A stretch of 63,910 bases of DNA, the filler included, from Octopus bimaculoides (Eukaryota): NCBI RefSeq assembly GCF_001194135.2. It is 5 parts of 5 records of this genome, joined end to end, with 100 filler letters (N's around TTAATTAATTAA, not from the genome) between each part and the next. Parts side by side here need not be neighbours in the genome. Positions count along the whole stretch, not along the records: positions 1 to 26,048 come from NC_068982.1; positions 26,149 to 44,622 come from NC_068995.1; 3 more parts are not named here. One strand, given 5' to 3'. Of this stretch, positions 11,381-27,159 are shown in pieces. The translations under genes and the position numbers were made by a program. Numbering within the stretch: position 1 is the stretch's first letter; each line of letters opens with the position of its first letter. The notes beneath the pieces are model-generated. The model had not been told where the DNA came from, did not search any database, and worked only from the letters and a program-made list of their open reading frames with translations.

Positions 11381-14300
11381 TAAACTCTAATATTGAAAGC
11401 AATGACTTGCGTAACATCCATATTACCTTTTAGAGTTCATAAAATCCACAAATGCAACTAACGCATCAAGAAAGTATTAACTACTATATAAAGTCAATAT
11501 TTCAAAAATCTACTTGACGCCAACGACAGAGCGCTTGTATATGGTCGGTTCGCTGGTTAGAGACAGCGGTCACATCTCCCTAAACTTATACTTATCTTTA
11601 AAATGAACACAAATAATAAAGTAGTCCAGAGAATACTATGTATAAAGAATAATATGGGAAGGTCACGAATAGAACGCATTTGATCATAGTTTAATGTATT
11701 TAAGTAATGGTAGGTATTGTTGCTAGTTATGATGGTGTAGCTGTTGGTGATATTTTCTATGACAAGTGAAATAAAGTGAAAATGTTTATTCTCTCATCGG
11801 AAATCTCACCGAAGTCTTACAAAAAAGTGGGCGCCATAATGTTATCTTAGGAACTGGCCGAGAAACTGATTAAATTTACTATGAACGGGAATAGTTTCTC
11901 AGTGGCTTGCCTCCACTCTATTTCATTCGACCTAATTTTACACAGAACAAAGGATTCTATAATAAAGGACAATTGCCCGAAGTGCCGTGCAGTGGTATCT
12001 GTATAGTTATGAAACTGACTTCCTAACCACACAGCCCTGCATTCTTCCACTTTTAATTAACTTTATTAAATTTGCATGTGTCTATATTGTTAAGGATTCT
12101 GACCATCTATTTTTGCCCCTGGGATATTGTGATATATACAAAAATATGTATCTCGTATGTGTTCAATTGCATAATTTCTCATTGGTCCGATAATAATTTA
12201 AAGCAAGCAATACTTATAACATTTGTTTGAACTTGATCTATGATTCACCTATGATTTATTTATAAAATATGTATACTTAGAGAAGAGCAATTCTAAATTT
12301 AGTGAACTGATACTTACAGTCTCTGGTACATAAAGGATAATAAAAATAAAAAAAACTCATTGAACCAGTCCGTCTGCCGTAACTTCCTCCGCCAAGCATC
12401 CACTTCTCTCAATTTTTGCATTCAGTTCCAATCTTAAGTCATCCATAAATATTTAGGATGACTTAACATGATATATCCCACTTTCTACCTGACTCCAGAC
12501 TACAATACTCTCACAAATTCTAAGTCTCACATTAGATTTACCAATAACTTTAATCCTCTCCACGCATCTGATTGAATACTGCCCCTTTGAGCTAAATATT
12601 TTAAAGTTTCTTCTTCGTTAAAATAATAAGACGAATCATACTTCCCGACCAGAAAAGAAACGTGAGACCATGGATCCTGTCCTTCTTTATCGTATTTATA
12701 AATGCTAAACAAAACTGAAGTGTGTCCTGTGAGATTAGAGTGCAGTGAGTGAGAAGAACAAAGGAAATCGTGACCAAAAGTTTAACTTGAAGCATAAGAC
12801 AGAGTTTATTGATTCAAAAGAAGCTATTTGTGCTATTCCAGCTCCTGCTCACTCACAGACCCACTAAATATAACAATAACAATAAAAACAAACAAACAAT
12901 AATGAGATTTAAACTGAAAATAGTGTTAAACCGGTTGATTTATTATTCAGAAGCATTTGGTGATATTTTGTTATTTTAACTGAACGTTGAAGGGTAAATA
13001 CTATTAATCTTGTTCTGATAATTTCTGGATAAAAATGATAAACACGAACTCAATAAAATTGAAAGTCTTTGCAGAATTTGGTCGTTGGATATGCCAATAA
13101 GATAAAGTCCAATTTTCGATTTAAAATTGTATAAATTCTTTTGATAAAAATCGAGAAATTCCCATCCATTTCATTGTTATTCATAAGGTTTTAGTTATAA
13201 GCTTGCTTCTCACGTGGTCTTATATAAAAGCAAGGTCCTGCAACACAAACTAACAAGGCTATATTTTAATTAAATTCCAGCTATAAATGGAATCGATTCT
13301 ATTTCTCCTGGAAGAAGTATTCAATTCTATATTTTGATTGTTTGCTTAATACTGTATATTATCTAGTAGTAAGTTTAAGTTCTAGCCAAACATTCTTCGT
13401 CTGCCGACTAAACAGAGTTAGTGAAGTCGATGAATATTAGCCGACGGGTCCACGGGTCCTGTCATCTTGTCAGTACTGCACTGCGTTCTTGGCAGAGAGA
13501 GTTAAATGTGAACAAGCAAGTCCATTTGTCCGTAAATTAGTTTTATGAAGTAGCATAACTCAGCCATGCAAGCAGCAAGGCTGTAATATAATCAAAGTAT
13601 TTTGTTAACTTGCTGAGCTGATCTCTAAATCTCTTTTCTTCCTATTGGCAAAACACATAACAGACTGGCATTCACTACATAAATACAGAAGTCTCTAACA
13701 ACTGAATACATTAAAAAATTGTGACAAACATTATCACACTGAGGAATCTTCTGGTTAATAAATGACAACTGAAAAAAGGGATACGCACACACTTACACAC
13801 ACACGCACTTACACACATACACACACACACGCACACATACACATGCACATATACACATGCACACACACACACACATACACAAACTGACAGTTACACTCGG
13901 AATTATCGAAAATTAATAATTTGCTTCGGGTGGAGAATCTCGGTTGTCATTGACTATAAATCGTTTCGTTCGGCACTGTAACAATTGAGAAGTTACTTAG
14001 GTTACGATGTCTCAGGTTTGAATATATGACCCTAGTCGCAGAACCCTGGCCACTATTGATTTAGGGCCACTGTAGAAAAAAGCTGATTATGTAACTGGAA
14101 TTCTATGACCATGCACGCACGCCATCTCTCTTCACACCACTAATGTTATGCAAGGGAAAGGCCAATGCCTTGGAGACGACAGAATGACCATCAATACCGT
14201 CGCAGACGTTGCTTTCAGAACGCAAAATGCCAGATTGGATACTGCAAAGCTTCATACTTCACACTAAAACACTTGCGCTGATTCACTGCCTTGGATTAGT

Positions 14301-14762
14301 GATTTTTTTATCAACCTTGAAGGGTCCCCTGGCATTTAAGTACTGGAGCTGATGTAATCAACTTACTTCTCTCTCTTAAAACGGCTAGCCTTGTACTAGA
14401 TCTTATAGAGTATCTAATTAACAGAGTCATTAGAGCGTCTGTCGGATAAATTACTTTGCAGTAACTGTTTCACATCAAGTTGCTACTATCACATTGGTGC
14501 ATAATCTCTGATAATTTTCCTGACACTCTTTCATACTTTACCTTACTAGAACAGTATCCCTAGAATTAATCTTTAATCTTCTGCTTTTATATGAAAGGAA
14601 AATGTTTCAGTTGATAGAACTTTATCGGTTATTTCTAGCAGTTCGAGAGATGATAATGAGTGTTTCTCATAAGCTGATATAGCTTTCCCGCTGAGTTTTG
14701 ATGTCGTGTACCAGCGCGACGTACGTTTCGTCAATTTCTTATTGTTTATTTTCATGTGTGAA

Positions 14763-15080
14763 GGCGCGTGGCTTAGTGGTTGGGGTAATCAGCTCACAAG
14801 AGTAAGGTCGTGAGTTCGATTCCCGGCGGCATGTTGTGTCCATGAGCAAGACGCTTTATTTCACATTGCTCCAGTTCATTCAAGTGGCAAAAATGAGTTG
14901 TACCTGTAATTGAAAGGACCAGTCTTCTGTGTCACGCTAAATATCCCTGAGAACTTCGTTAAAGGTACAGCTGTCTGTGGATTGAGTGCTCAACCGCTTG
15001 CGCCTTAATTTGACTTACAAGTTATTCCATTGATCGGATCGACTGGAACCCCAATTATCATAACCGACGAAGTACCAGTT
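14763..15080 (+). mobile_element. tRNA-derived SINE family B
   Basis: A-box-like 'tggcttagtggttgg' and B-box-like 'gagttcgattccc'; homologous copies at about 50685-50935 (-) and 53362-53715 (+). Confidence 0.75.
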
Positions 15081-15439
15081 GTACTCAGGGGTAAGCCTTA
15101 TCAAACAGATGCATGACCAAGGGCGTTTCATCCCCATGATCATGCTTCCTGTTCTTCAGACTAGGGTACCTAAGACTACATAATCCAGCGTGTCCTTATC
15201 TTAGCGATAGCTTAGAAGATTCCTTTGGGACAATCAGACATGTGAATGGTAACCAATACCTAGGACTTGGCACTGTTCTGCAACACATCAACTTATGAAA
15301 TATCCAAGTAATTCTCTGTAGTATTAACACGGAACTTAGTCTTTCTACTAATGAATTTTCTTTAGTCCATAAGACATGTAACAGTAATAGTTCATAAGAC
15401 TAATTTCATCGATCTTGCAAACTGAAGATTATCAATACA

Positions 15440-15494
15440 TTCTTCTTCTTCCTCTTCTAATTATTATTATCATTGTTGTTGTTGTGGTGGTTGC

Positions 15495-15540
<46 letters not shown>

Positions 15541-15680
15541 CTTCTTCTTCTTCTTCTTCTTCTTCTTCTTCTTCTTCTTCTTCTTCTTCTTCTTCTTCTT
15601 CTTTTTCTTCTTCTTTTTCTTCTTCTTTTTCTTCTTCTTTTTCTTGTTGTTGTTATTGTTATTATCATTATTATTTTTAT
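15440..15680. repeat. Compound trinucleotide microsatellite (GTT)n-(CTT)n-(CTTCTTTTT)n
   Basis: Directly visible, with a 9-nt higher-order unit at its right end. Confidence 0.95.
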
Positions 15681-15699
15681 TCAAAAGTTATTACATGCT

Positions 15700-16190
15700 A
15701 ATTTAATTAGTGGTGATGTTATCCTGAGATTTGCTGACAACAATTCTCTTCAAATCTCATGAATCTTTCTTGGAATACAAGATGGCACCTTTCTGCAAGT
15801 CAATAATGTTTGTTTCAATTTCAAAACGCTTCTGCCACTTGGGTAGTAATTTGGGTGTTGTGCAGAGCGCACTACATACCAGAGCAACAACTGTGACTTT
15901 TTTGTTTCATAACCTCTTCATCTCACGGGCTAGGTTGTTATATTTCTCTTTGCTAGACATTCTATTATCACATGGTATTGCAAAAATCTATGATCTTACA
16001 GTATTGTTTTTACCTTTCTTTTTACATTTGTTTTTACCTTTCTTTTTAGTTTTGTCCTCTGCGATCATATCTTTCTACAACAGTAAGATTATCACATTAG
16101 AGTCCAAGAAATATATACCAAATACTGTGGTCTTTGTAGTCGAATTAACCCCACTCCTAAAATTAATAACCTTGAGCCAAAAACTGGAGC
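15700..16190 (-). mobile_element. R4/Dong-like non-LTR retrotransposon 3' fragment (RLE domain)
   Basis: Minus translation CKIIDFAIPCDNRMSSKEKYNNLAREMKRL*NKKVTVVALVCSAL...LQKGAILY; the 3' end runs into an (AAT)n tract. Confidence 0.65.
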
Positions 16191-16209
16191 AATTAAAGAT
16201 GAGAGAATC

Positions 16210-16410
16210 GTTGGCATGCCGGACAGCCAGACAAAATTCTTAGCAACATTTCCTTCGACCTAACGTTCTGAGTTGAAATCCTGCTGAATTCAACTTTACC
16301 ATTCTTCCTTTCGGAGTCAATGCAATAAGTACCAGTCGAACACTGGGCTCGGTGTGATCGACTAGTTCCCTTCCCCAAAATTTGAGGCTTCCTACCTACA
16401 CTAGAAAGAA
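16210..16410 (+). mobile_element. SINE family A with (ATT)n tail (tail 16411-16523)
   Basis: 'gttctgagttgaaatcctgctgaattcaactttacc...agtaccagtcgaacactggg...ctagaaagaattattatt'. Confidence 0.75.
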
Positions 16411-16419
16411 TTATTATTA

Positions 16420-16502
<83 letters not shown>

Positions 16503-16523
16503 GTTGTTGTTGTTGTTGTTGTT

Positions 16524-17070
16524 GAGTGAGAGAGCAGTGCATGCCATCAAAGTGACACTGGGGTGAAATATACGAAGCCTAATATACCCATCATGACTAT
16601 CCATCTGATAAGGATACACCAGGAACATGCATCACAACAATATGTGCATAACATGGTGATCTCATATCTAGGTAAACAGTGCATGACCTTGCAGAAGGGC
16701 CCAGTTAGAATTTTCTTCAGGTTGAGTAGCCTATTCCACTCAAAAGGTCCTTGAATAAGGGTTGCTTAATAATGTTGAACAAAACACCCATTAACATCCA
16801 TGTTTCCAGATGTGAATTATTCAAACCCGAAAGAATTCCTCTCAACACATGGCTATGATGATCCCTACTACTCCCGCTCTTGATCAGAGATGCATATATC
16901 GTCAGTCACTGAAGAACACGCTCAACTGCTTAAGGTCAAACAACGGACAAGGAAATCTGTGCTATTGTGTAGAATATTTGCTGAAGCCCATTTTTTATAC
17001 AAAGACAAATCAATGTACATGATAACACTTCCAATCAGTTAAGAACAGAATCCATGAGAACCATTGCCTG
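16524..17070 (-). mobile_element. About 500-bp non-coding interspersed element; reverse-complement copy at 22285-22740
   Basis: 'gagtgagagagcagt...acacttccaatcagttaaga' is the reverse complement of 'tcttaactgattggaagtgt...actgctctctcactc'. Both copies are embedded in (TAA)/(CAA) tracts. Confidence 0.75.
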
Positions 17071-17072
17071 GT

Positions 17073-17285
17073 GGCGGCGAGCTGGCAGGATTGTTAGCAC
17101 GATGGGGGAAATGCTTGACAGTATTTTGTCTGCCGCTACGATCTGTTCAAATTTCGCCGAGGTCGACTTTGGCTTTTATCCTTTCGAAGTTAATGAATTA
17201 AGTACCAGTCTAGTACTGGAATCAATGTGATCGATTTACCCTCTCCCCGAAAATTTCAGGCCTTGTGCCTATAGTAGAAAGGATA
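17073..17285 (+). mobile_element. SINE family A, full length
   Basis: 'ggcggcgagctggcaggattgttagcac...ttcaaatttcgccgaggtcgactttg...ccttgtgcctatagtagaaagg' followed by an (ATT)n tail. Confidence 0.8.
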
Positions 17286-17300
17286 ATAATAATAATAACA

Positions 17301-19530
<2,230 letters not shown>

Positions 19531-20141
19531 ACAATATCGATGTGTTTTGGGAAATGAATGGACGAAGGAGACAATTCCAGAAAGATATCGCTCTGGGTTA
19601 TACAACTGAGGAAAATGTTTCTTATTGGAGTTTGACGTTAGAGAGAAGAGAGGACTGGCAAGAAGAGAAGTAGTAAGACTATCAGACAATAAGTAATATA
19701 ACATGATACACTGATATCGGTTTTCTCATGTTTCTTCTGATTGCAACCGGAGAGATTCGAGCTCATTTTACATTTTCTGAAAGTTGTAACCGAAAGGCTA
19801 CAACAATCTTCTATAACAAATCATTAGAAATGAAAATGAATGACTGTTCACGATAGCATTTCTATTTGTTGAACACATTCGCTTCTAACACAACGTATTT
19901 TCGTACATTTATTGAGTGTATTTAAGAAAGAAGAAAAAGTAAAAGTATGAAAGGATACATTGATAATCTCTTTGGATATGATGCTCCTTTTCATGTAGAT
20001 CTTTCTAAGAAGTAACAAATCCATAGATTTGCAGCCGGTATTAAGAGTAGCCGTGTAGATCCATTTATCGAGAGGTTTTCTGTAAAACGCAAAAGGCAAA
20101 GACCGAAGAGTATGAACGAGAGAAAGATAAATATGTATGTG

Positions 20142-20429
<288 letters not shown>

Positions 20430-20721
20430 TGATTAAAGCCATACGGTTGAAATATGCTGTGATTAAACCACGAGACAATTAAGATAATGCTCTGGAAGCA
20501 CGTCACGTGAGACATATCGACGCTGAAAGAATCATGGGACCAAAACGCTTTAGCAGTGATGTCTGAAGCAGTTGTTCTAAGTAAGACATCTGCGATCCAG
20601 TGGTTGAGTGTAATTGAAACAAAGATTCGAAGGATCGTATCTTAGCAGCAGCACTGCCAGTACGCCTAATTTCCGGTAGTCCATACTACCGATCAGTAAA
20701 CAGTAAACAATAGTAAATTGC

Positions 20722-20890
20722 AGGTGCAGCTATGTCGTAAGAAACCTGCTGCCCAACCATATGGTTCGCAGGTTCAGTCCAGCTGTGTGGCACATGGACC
20801 AAGTGTCTCCTACTGTAGCCTCGGGCTTACCAAAGCCTTGTGGGTGGATTTTGTAGGCAGAAACTAAAAGAAGCCCGTCGTTTATATATA
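20722..20890 (+). mobile_element. tRNA-derived SINE family C, 5' part
   Basis: 'ggttcagtcc...gtgtggcac...aagtgtct.ctact.tagcctcggg...accaaagccttgtg.gtggatttgtag...aaactaaaagaagcccgtcg'. Other copies lie at about 33070-33440, 44722-44975, 45055-45300, 48620-48965, 51440-51560 and 55910-56040. Confidence 0.7.
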
Positions 20891-21734
20891 TNNNNNNNNN
20901 NNNNNNNNNNNNNNNNNNNNNNNNNNNNNNNNNNNNNNNNNNNNNNNNNNNNNNNNNNNNNNNNNNNNNNNNNNNNNNNNNNNNNNNNNNNNNNNNNNNN
21001 NNNNNNNNNNNNNNNNNNNNNNNNNNNNNNNNNNNNNNNNNNNNNNNNNNNNNNNNNNNNNNNNNNNNNNNNNNNNNNNNNNNNNNNNNNNNNNNNNNNN
21101 NNNNNNNNNNNNNNNNNNNNNNNNNNNNNNNNNNNNNNNNNNNNNNNNNNNNNNNNNNNNNNNNNNNNNNNNNNNNNNNNNNNNNNNNNNNNNNNNNNNN
21201 NNNNNNNNNNNNNNNNNNNNNNNNNNNNNNNNNNNNNNNNNNNNNNNNNNNNNNNNNNNNNNNNNNNNNNNNNNNNNNNNNNNNNNNNNNNNNNNNNNNN
21301 NNNNNNNNNNNNNNNNNNNNNNNNNNNNNNNNNNNNNNNNNNNNNNNNNNNNNNNNNNNNNNNNNNNNNNNNNNNNNNNNNNNNNNNNNNNNNNNNNNNN
21401 NNNNNNNNNNNNNNNNNNNNNNNNNNNNNNNNNNNNNNNNNNNNNNNNNNNNNNNNNNNNNNNNNNNNNNNNNNNNNNNNNNNNNNNNNNNNNNNNNNNN
21501 NNNNNNNNNNNNNNNNNNNNNNNNNNNNNNNNNNNNNNNNNNNNNNNNNNNNNNNNNNNNNNNNNNNNNNNNNNNNNNNNNNNNNNNNNNNNNNNNNNAT
21601 ATTACGAGCCAATGAAGAATGTTCGACCGGAAACGAATAGCTACCGATTCCCCTTTATATCATGTCCTAACGTCTTAAAATGTGGACGAACACATGGAAC
21701 AACGTACTCCAAGATACACAAAAGATAGTGAAAA

Positions 21735-22140
21735 ATATATAGTTGTCAGAGATCATAAAGAAAAAAATGCTTTCTAATTGATGTATCAATACCAGCAGAT
21801 GACAACGTTTCCCTAACAGAAATGGAGAAATTTTCAAAATACAAAGACCTGGAAATAGAGGTAACTCGAATGTGGAATCTAAAAACAGAAACAATTCCTA
21901 TCGTAGGATGCGCATTAGGTATGATAAAAAATTATTCAGACAAATACATAACAAAAACACCAGGTCTTACAAATATATATAACATACAGAGAATTCCACT
22001 ACTGGGCACGGCACACATCCTACGCAAAACACTTTCAATACAGTAACTATAAGAGCATCACAGCAAACCGCAGCACATACCCAAGGCACACAGAGCTGCG
22101 CTCCGTGGTGAAGTGAAAGCACGTTATAAAAATAAAACTA

Positions 22141-22143
<3 letters not shown>
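21735..22143 (+). mobile_element. R4/Dong-like LINE 3' fragment (RLE) with (TAA)n tail
   Basis: LIDVSIPADDNVSLTEMEKFSKYKDLEIEVTRMWNLKTETIPIVGCALG...LLGTAHILRKTL. Confidence 0.8.
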
Positions 22144-22217
<74 letters not shown>

Positions 22218-22231
22218 TGATGATGATGATG

Positions 22232-22265
<34 letters not shown>

Positions 22266-22767
22266 CAACAACAACAGCAATAATAATAATAAATGCCTTA
22301 ATGCAGTACCAAGCAGTGGCTCTCATGGCTTCCGATCTTAACTGATTGGAAGTGTTATCATGCACATTGTTTTGTCTTGGTATAAAAGATGGGCTACAGC
22401 AAATATTCTGCTTAATACCACAGATTTTCTTGTCCGTGGTTTGACCATAAGCAGTTCAGCATGTCCCTTAGTTGCTGACGATATGTGCATCTCTGAACAA
22501 GAACAAAAGTAGTGAGAGAGCATCAGAACCATATGTTGAGAGAAATTCTTTGGGGTTGAATAATTCATCTCTGGAAACACAGTTGTTTCGCTCAACATCT
22601 TTCAACAACCCTTATTCAGGGACCTTTTGATCACGTTGGGCTACTCAACCTGAAGAAAATTGTAACTGAAGCCCAACTGCAAGGTCATGGATTGTTTCTC
22701 TTAATATGAGATCACCATGGCGTGTACTGCTCTCTCACTCAACAACAACAACAACAACAACAGTAAC

Positions 22768-22832
<65 letters not shown>

Positions 22833-22835
<3 letters not shown>

Positions 22836-23451
22836 ACTGGACAATATGTCGGCATTATAAAATCAAAACCGCTGACAAATGGTAGAAACACCAACCTGAA
22901 GCTGTGACTGAGGGAGAAAATGTATCGATTCTCTGGGATTTCCCCGTACATACCGACAAGGCTATAAAAGCTAGTAAACCGGATTTTATTATAAAAGATC
23001 AGACAAAGAAGACGTGTTTATTAATTGACATGAGTATTCCTTGTGAGTATTCCCGGCGAAAGAATTTGACGAGATCAGTAAATATAAAGACTTGCTAATA
23101 GAAATTGAAAAAAATGTGGCACCTCAAGGCGAATACCGTACCAGTGATTGTAGGATCTCTAGGAATGATAAAAAAAAGGTACTGAAACCTATTTGAAAAT
23201 GATACCAGGCTTACCATCCCTACAGGAAGGGCAAAAAATCGTGTTAACTGGAACGACTCATGTACTGAGAAGAGCATTATCGCTGTGAAAACAACATCCA
23301 GTCATTGAATTTTTTTTTTTTTATTGCATATTTTACCTGTGAATTTGCGTGTGTAAACTGGGAATGCATACAACGAGTTTCTCTGCCCTAGGTGTACGGA
23401 AAACACTCGGCGAGAAATGGAAGATTTGAAGAAAGCAGAAAAAAAAACAAC

Positions 23452-23452
<1 letters not shown>
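22833..23452 (+). mobile_element. R4/Dong-like LINE 3' fragment (RLE) between (TAA)n tracts
   Basis: ENVSILWDFPVHTDKAIKASKPDFIIKDQTKKTCLLIDMSIP, an RLE PD..D motif. Confidence 0.8.
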
Positions 23453-23521
<69 letters not shown>

Positions 23522-23525
<4 letters not shown>

Positions 23526-25440
23526 TTTGGCTTAAAAACTTGACAGCTGTACACAGGAGAATTGCGAGACAGATGGGCGAAATACTGAGTAGTGACATCC
23601 AAGTACCGGCCTGTATAACAAAAGGAAGAACGGTGCTATGCCAAAAGGGCACAAGTAAATGGAATGTAGTTGGAAATTACCAACCAATATTTTGTTTGCC
23701 ACTGATATGAAAACTGATGTCGGGCATCATATCAAACAGTATCTATAAGTACCTAGATGAGAACGAGCTACTACCAGTGGAACAAAAATGGTGTAGACGT
23801 AAGAGTAGAGGAACGAACGATCAATAAGACTATCCTGGCTGATTGCAAGAGAGACACAGAAATTTGGCGATGACATGGGTAGATTACAGGGAAGCATATG
23901 ACATGGTCCTACACTCGTGGATTATTGAATGCCTTAAACTGCTTAAGGTCTCACACAATATCCTGAAGTTAATACAAAATTCAATGACAACGTGGGGAAC
24001 TGAACTCACAGCATGGGGAGATAAGCTGGGAGAGGTAAATATCAAAAGAGGAATCTTTCAAGGGAAGAGTCTGTCACCTCTCCTATTTGTTGTCTGCATA
24101 CTGCCACTCACGATCGTTTTAAGAAAGATGAGTGTGGGGTACATGCTAGGCAGGGTGAAAGTAAGCAACCTGTGGGTTATGGATGACCGAAAGCAATTCG
24201 CTAAGACTGAGGAAGAGACTGAGAGTTTGATGATAACGGTTCAGATGATTAGCAAAGATATTGGCATGGAATTTGAGTTCGAGAAATGTGGTGTAATGAT
24301 TCTCAAAAGGGGGAAAATCAGTAAAAGCTATGATATCAAGCAGGAAAGTGGTGAAATTATAAAGGAAGTCGGAGAGGAAGGATATAAGTACCTGGGTATC
24401 ATTGAAAGAGATAAGATGAATGAACACAAGATGAAAGAAATGTACAAGAAAGTCCTATTTGAGGAGTATTCGGCTTGTGCTCCTTTCGAAGGTAAATAGC
24501 CGCTATACGATTAGAGTTATTAATACGTGGCCAGTTGCTCTGATGAGATATGGAGCAGATATAGTATCTTGGAAGAAGCATGAATTACAAGAGATAGACC
24601 GGAGAACACGTAAATCACCCCAAGAGTGATGTGACAACTTTGTATGTAAAGAAGAAGGAAGGCGGACAGGGATTAGTGTGTTGTGAAGGTTGTGAGGAAT
24701 TTGTGTGCAGCGCTAAAGAACACACTCTCAGAACAGGCTACTCCAAATACCTCATTGATAAAAGTACTGACGCGCCACAGTGTAGGGTGTGCTCTAAGAA
24801 GGGAGAAAGTACAAACCATATTGTTAGTGAGGGCTGTAAGCTCGCATAACGCGAATATAAAAGGAGACACGACAATGTGGTCAGATATGTCCCCTGGTTG
24901 TTGTGCGGTAAAGCAAACCTCGAGAGACCGAACAATGGTATAAACACAAGCCAGAGAGAATAATAGAAAACGAACATTACAAAATACTCTGGAATTTTAA
25001 CATGCAGTGCGACCAAGTCATGGAGACGAGGTGACCAGATTTCGTGCTCATCCATGAAGAGGAAAAAAAGTAAATATAATAGATGTTGCAATACCAGACG
25101 AAATGTAAGGACACAGAAAAACTAGAGAAATACCAGCCATTGCGGGACAAGACATGAAGTTATAGGGCATGAGAAACGTAACGGTGATACCGGTGGTAAT
25201 TGGAGTATTAGGAGCAGTTTCCAAGGACTATGAAAAACATATTAAGAATATGGGAGCTGCTTTCAGGCTCGAAGTGATCCGGAAGACAGCAGTGTGGGAC
25301 ACAGCTCGCAATCTAAGGAGAGTATTGTCGTTTTGGGTCACAGGAGAAAGTACTACTTGAAACATTTTGGTGATTTGTTGTTGCCTGCTTTCAAATGAAG
25401 AATAACCAGTAATTAATTCGAAAGTCTTTCATAAAAGATA
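23522..25440 (+). mobile_element. R4/Dong-like LINE, 5'-truncated, RT + CCHC + RLE
   Basis: WVDYREAYDMVLHSW, IFQGKSLSPLLF, WVMDDRKQF, YKYLGIIE, CRVCSKKGESTNHIVSEGC, VIPVVIGVLG; (TAA)n on both sides. Confidence 0.85.
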
Positions 25441-25463
25441 ATAATGATAATAATAACAATTAT

Positions 25464-25508
25464 TCTATGCTGATGAAGGGAAATAACCCGGAAATCGCGA
25501 TACACAGA
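25464..25508 (+). ncRNA. Degenerate minimal type I hammerhead-like motif
   Basis: TCTATG-CTGATGA-AGGG-AAATAA-CCCG-GAAA-T-CGCG-A-TA-CACAGA. Both cores are intact and loop III is the palindrome CGCG, with one stem I mismatch and one stem II mismatch. Confidence 0.5.
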
Positions 25509-26092
25509 TATTGTTTTGAGCTGAATGGATGTGCTAGATTCCCTTGTTCGAAAATATAAGGACACAGATCAGTGTCGTATAGCAAGCTGGAGACGATGTC
25601 TCCCGGAGCTAAATTACAGCAACATTCGTCCTAAACCAGGACTGCCATGTTATGTTGGCAAACAATCTTTACTATAAAGTACTGTTGCTGAATATCTCAC
25701 CTTGTGAGATTTAAAAATAGTAATTTTCTAAATAATAATAATAATAATAATAATAATAATTAATTCGTTTTATTGGCCACAAGGGCTAATATCAATTAAA
25801 GACATATAAGGACAAAGACAGGACGAAGGTTACAAAAGGTCTTGTCCGAAAAGGTAGGAAAGTTCGTCTAAACAGAGGAAGAAAACGGAGAAGGATATAA
25901 TAAATAAATAGATAAATAAATAAGTAGAACTCCCAAAGGGGGAGGCGCTTCGAAAAAGGAAAGGTTACACGTGGAAAAACCCATAAAACCACGGGAGCCT
26001 GGTCAGAAAAAATAAGAAAGGGGTATAGAGTCCTTTCTCCTTTTACATNNNNNNNNNNNNNNNNNNNNNNNNNNNNNNNNNNNNNNNNNNNN

Positions 26093-26104
26093 TTAATTAA
26101 TTAA
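26093..26104. other. Assembly gap marker TTAATTAATTAA inside a 100-nt N block (also 44667-44678, 57886-57897, 62725-62736)
   Basis: The same self-complementary 12-mer, with stops in all six frames, sits in the middle of four similarly sized N blocks (44 N either side where counted). Confidence 0.9.
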
Positions 26105-27159
26105 NNNNNNNNNNNNNNNNNNNNNNNNNNNNNNNNNNNNNNNNNNNNTGGTGCAAATAACATGAAATACAAAATGGAAAACAGGACAAATTAACACAGA
26201 AAGGACCTTTCATTAGTTGTCAGCTGTCTATCTACTCATTTCGAGCATTCAATATATATTACTTTTGTTTTTATTTTTTTAATATTTTTTATTTGTTTAT
26301 ATTTTAAAAAATATATTGAAAAATTTTTCTCTTTTCTGTGTATATTTTTTTGTATGTATACTTGTAAGAAAAAATCTTTTGCTATTTAAGCAACCAGTAA
26401 AACATACATTTTTCAGTTTGAAAACGGCTACCTGATGCTTGAAACTCATATCAGAGTAACTCATTGTAAACATTATCATTAAGATAAAAATAAAAATTAT
26501 CCCCTCAAAAAAGCCATCTCTACTCATTCTTTCAAATATATATAATACTGTACGAGGTGATGCTTGTGAGAGTGCTTGGCTATTCTGTCTTAGCCTCTAC
26601 ATCACCTGTGTTGATACTGCAAATGCGTTAGCTTGCAGGTTTAGTTGAAACTTGTTGTGTGCAACCAATTAAGACTTGGAGTTGAATTGACTTTTTCTTT
26701 GCCTTTTCCCCTTTCTTTTTCTTTTTTCTTTCTTTCTTCACTCAAGTTTCTGTTTTCTTCAGTTTTGGATTTGGATTTTAATGTGGTTTTGTATTATATA
26801 TCTATCATATACATACATGTTATATTCCAATAAACTGCTACTATATNNNNNNNNNNNNNNNNNNNNNNNNNNNNNNNNNNACCCATCATCATCATTTAAT
26901 GTCAGCCCTCCAAGCTGGCATGAGTTGGATAGTTTGACAGGAGCTGGCCAAGTAGAAGACTACACAAAGCTGCTGTGTCTGTTTTGGCATGGTCTTTATG
27001 GGTGGATGCCCTTCCTAATACCAACCACCCTGCAGAGTGGACTGAGTGCTTTTAATGTGGCACCAGCACAGGCAAGGTAAGTTTTGGCATTATTTTTACA
27101 GTTGGATACTCTTCCAAATGTCAACCATATATAAGAGACTTGAAGTGTTAAAGACAGGT

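Noticed and set aside
14763-14830. tRNA gene (also 53362-53420)
   Set aside because: A and B boxes are present but there is no full cloverleaf, and the sequence continues into a SINE body.
15415-15706. Poly-L/K/R/F/N ORFs (and similar ones at 19157-19704, 20112-20515, 22047-22365, 58821-59576, 62725-63587)
   Set aside because: Translations of microsatellites.
24540-24580. CTGATGA hammerhead core
   Set aside because: No correctly placed GAAA or stem III; it lies in LINE coding sequence.
26380-26800. Upstream exons of the plus-strand gene, or a lysine-rich minus-strand exon
   Set aside because: Weak splice sites, incompatible phases or in-frame stops; none could be linked with confidence.
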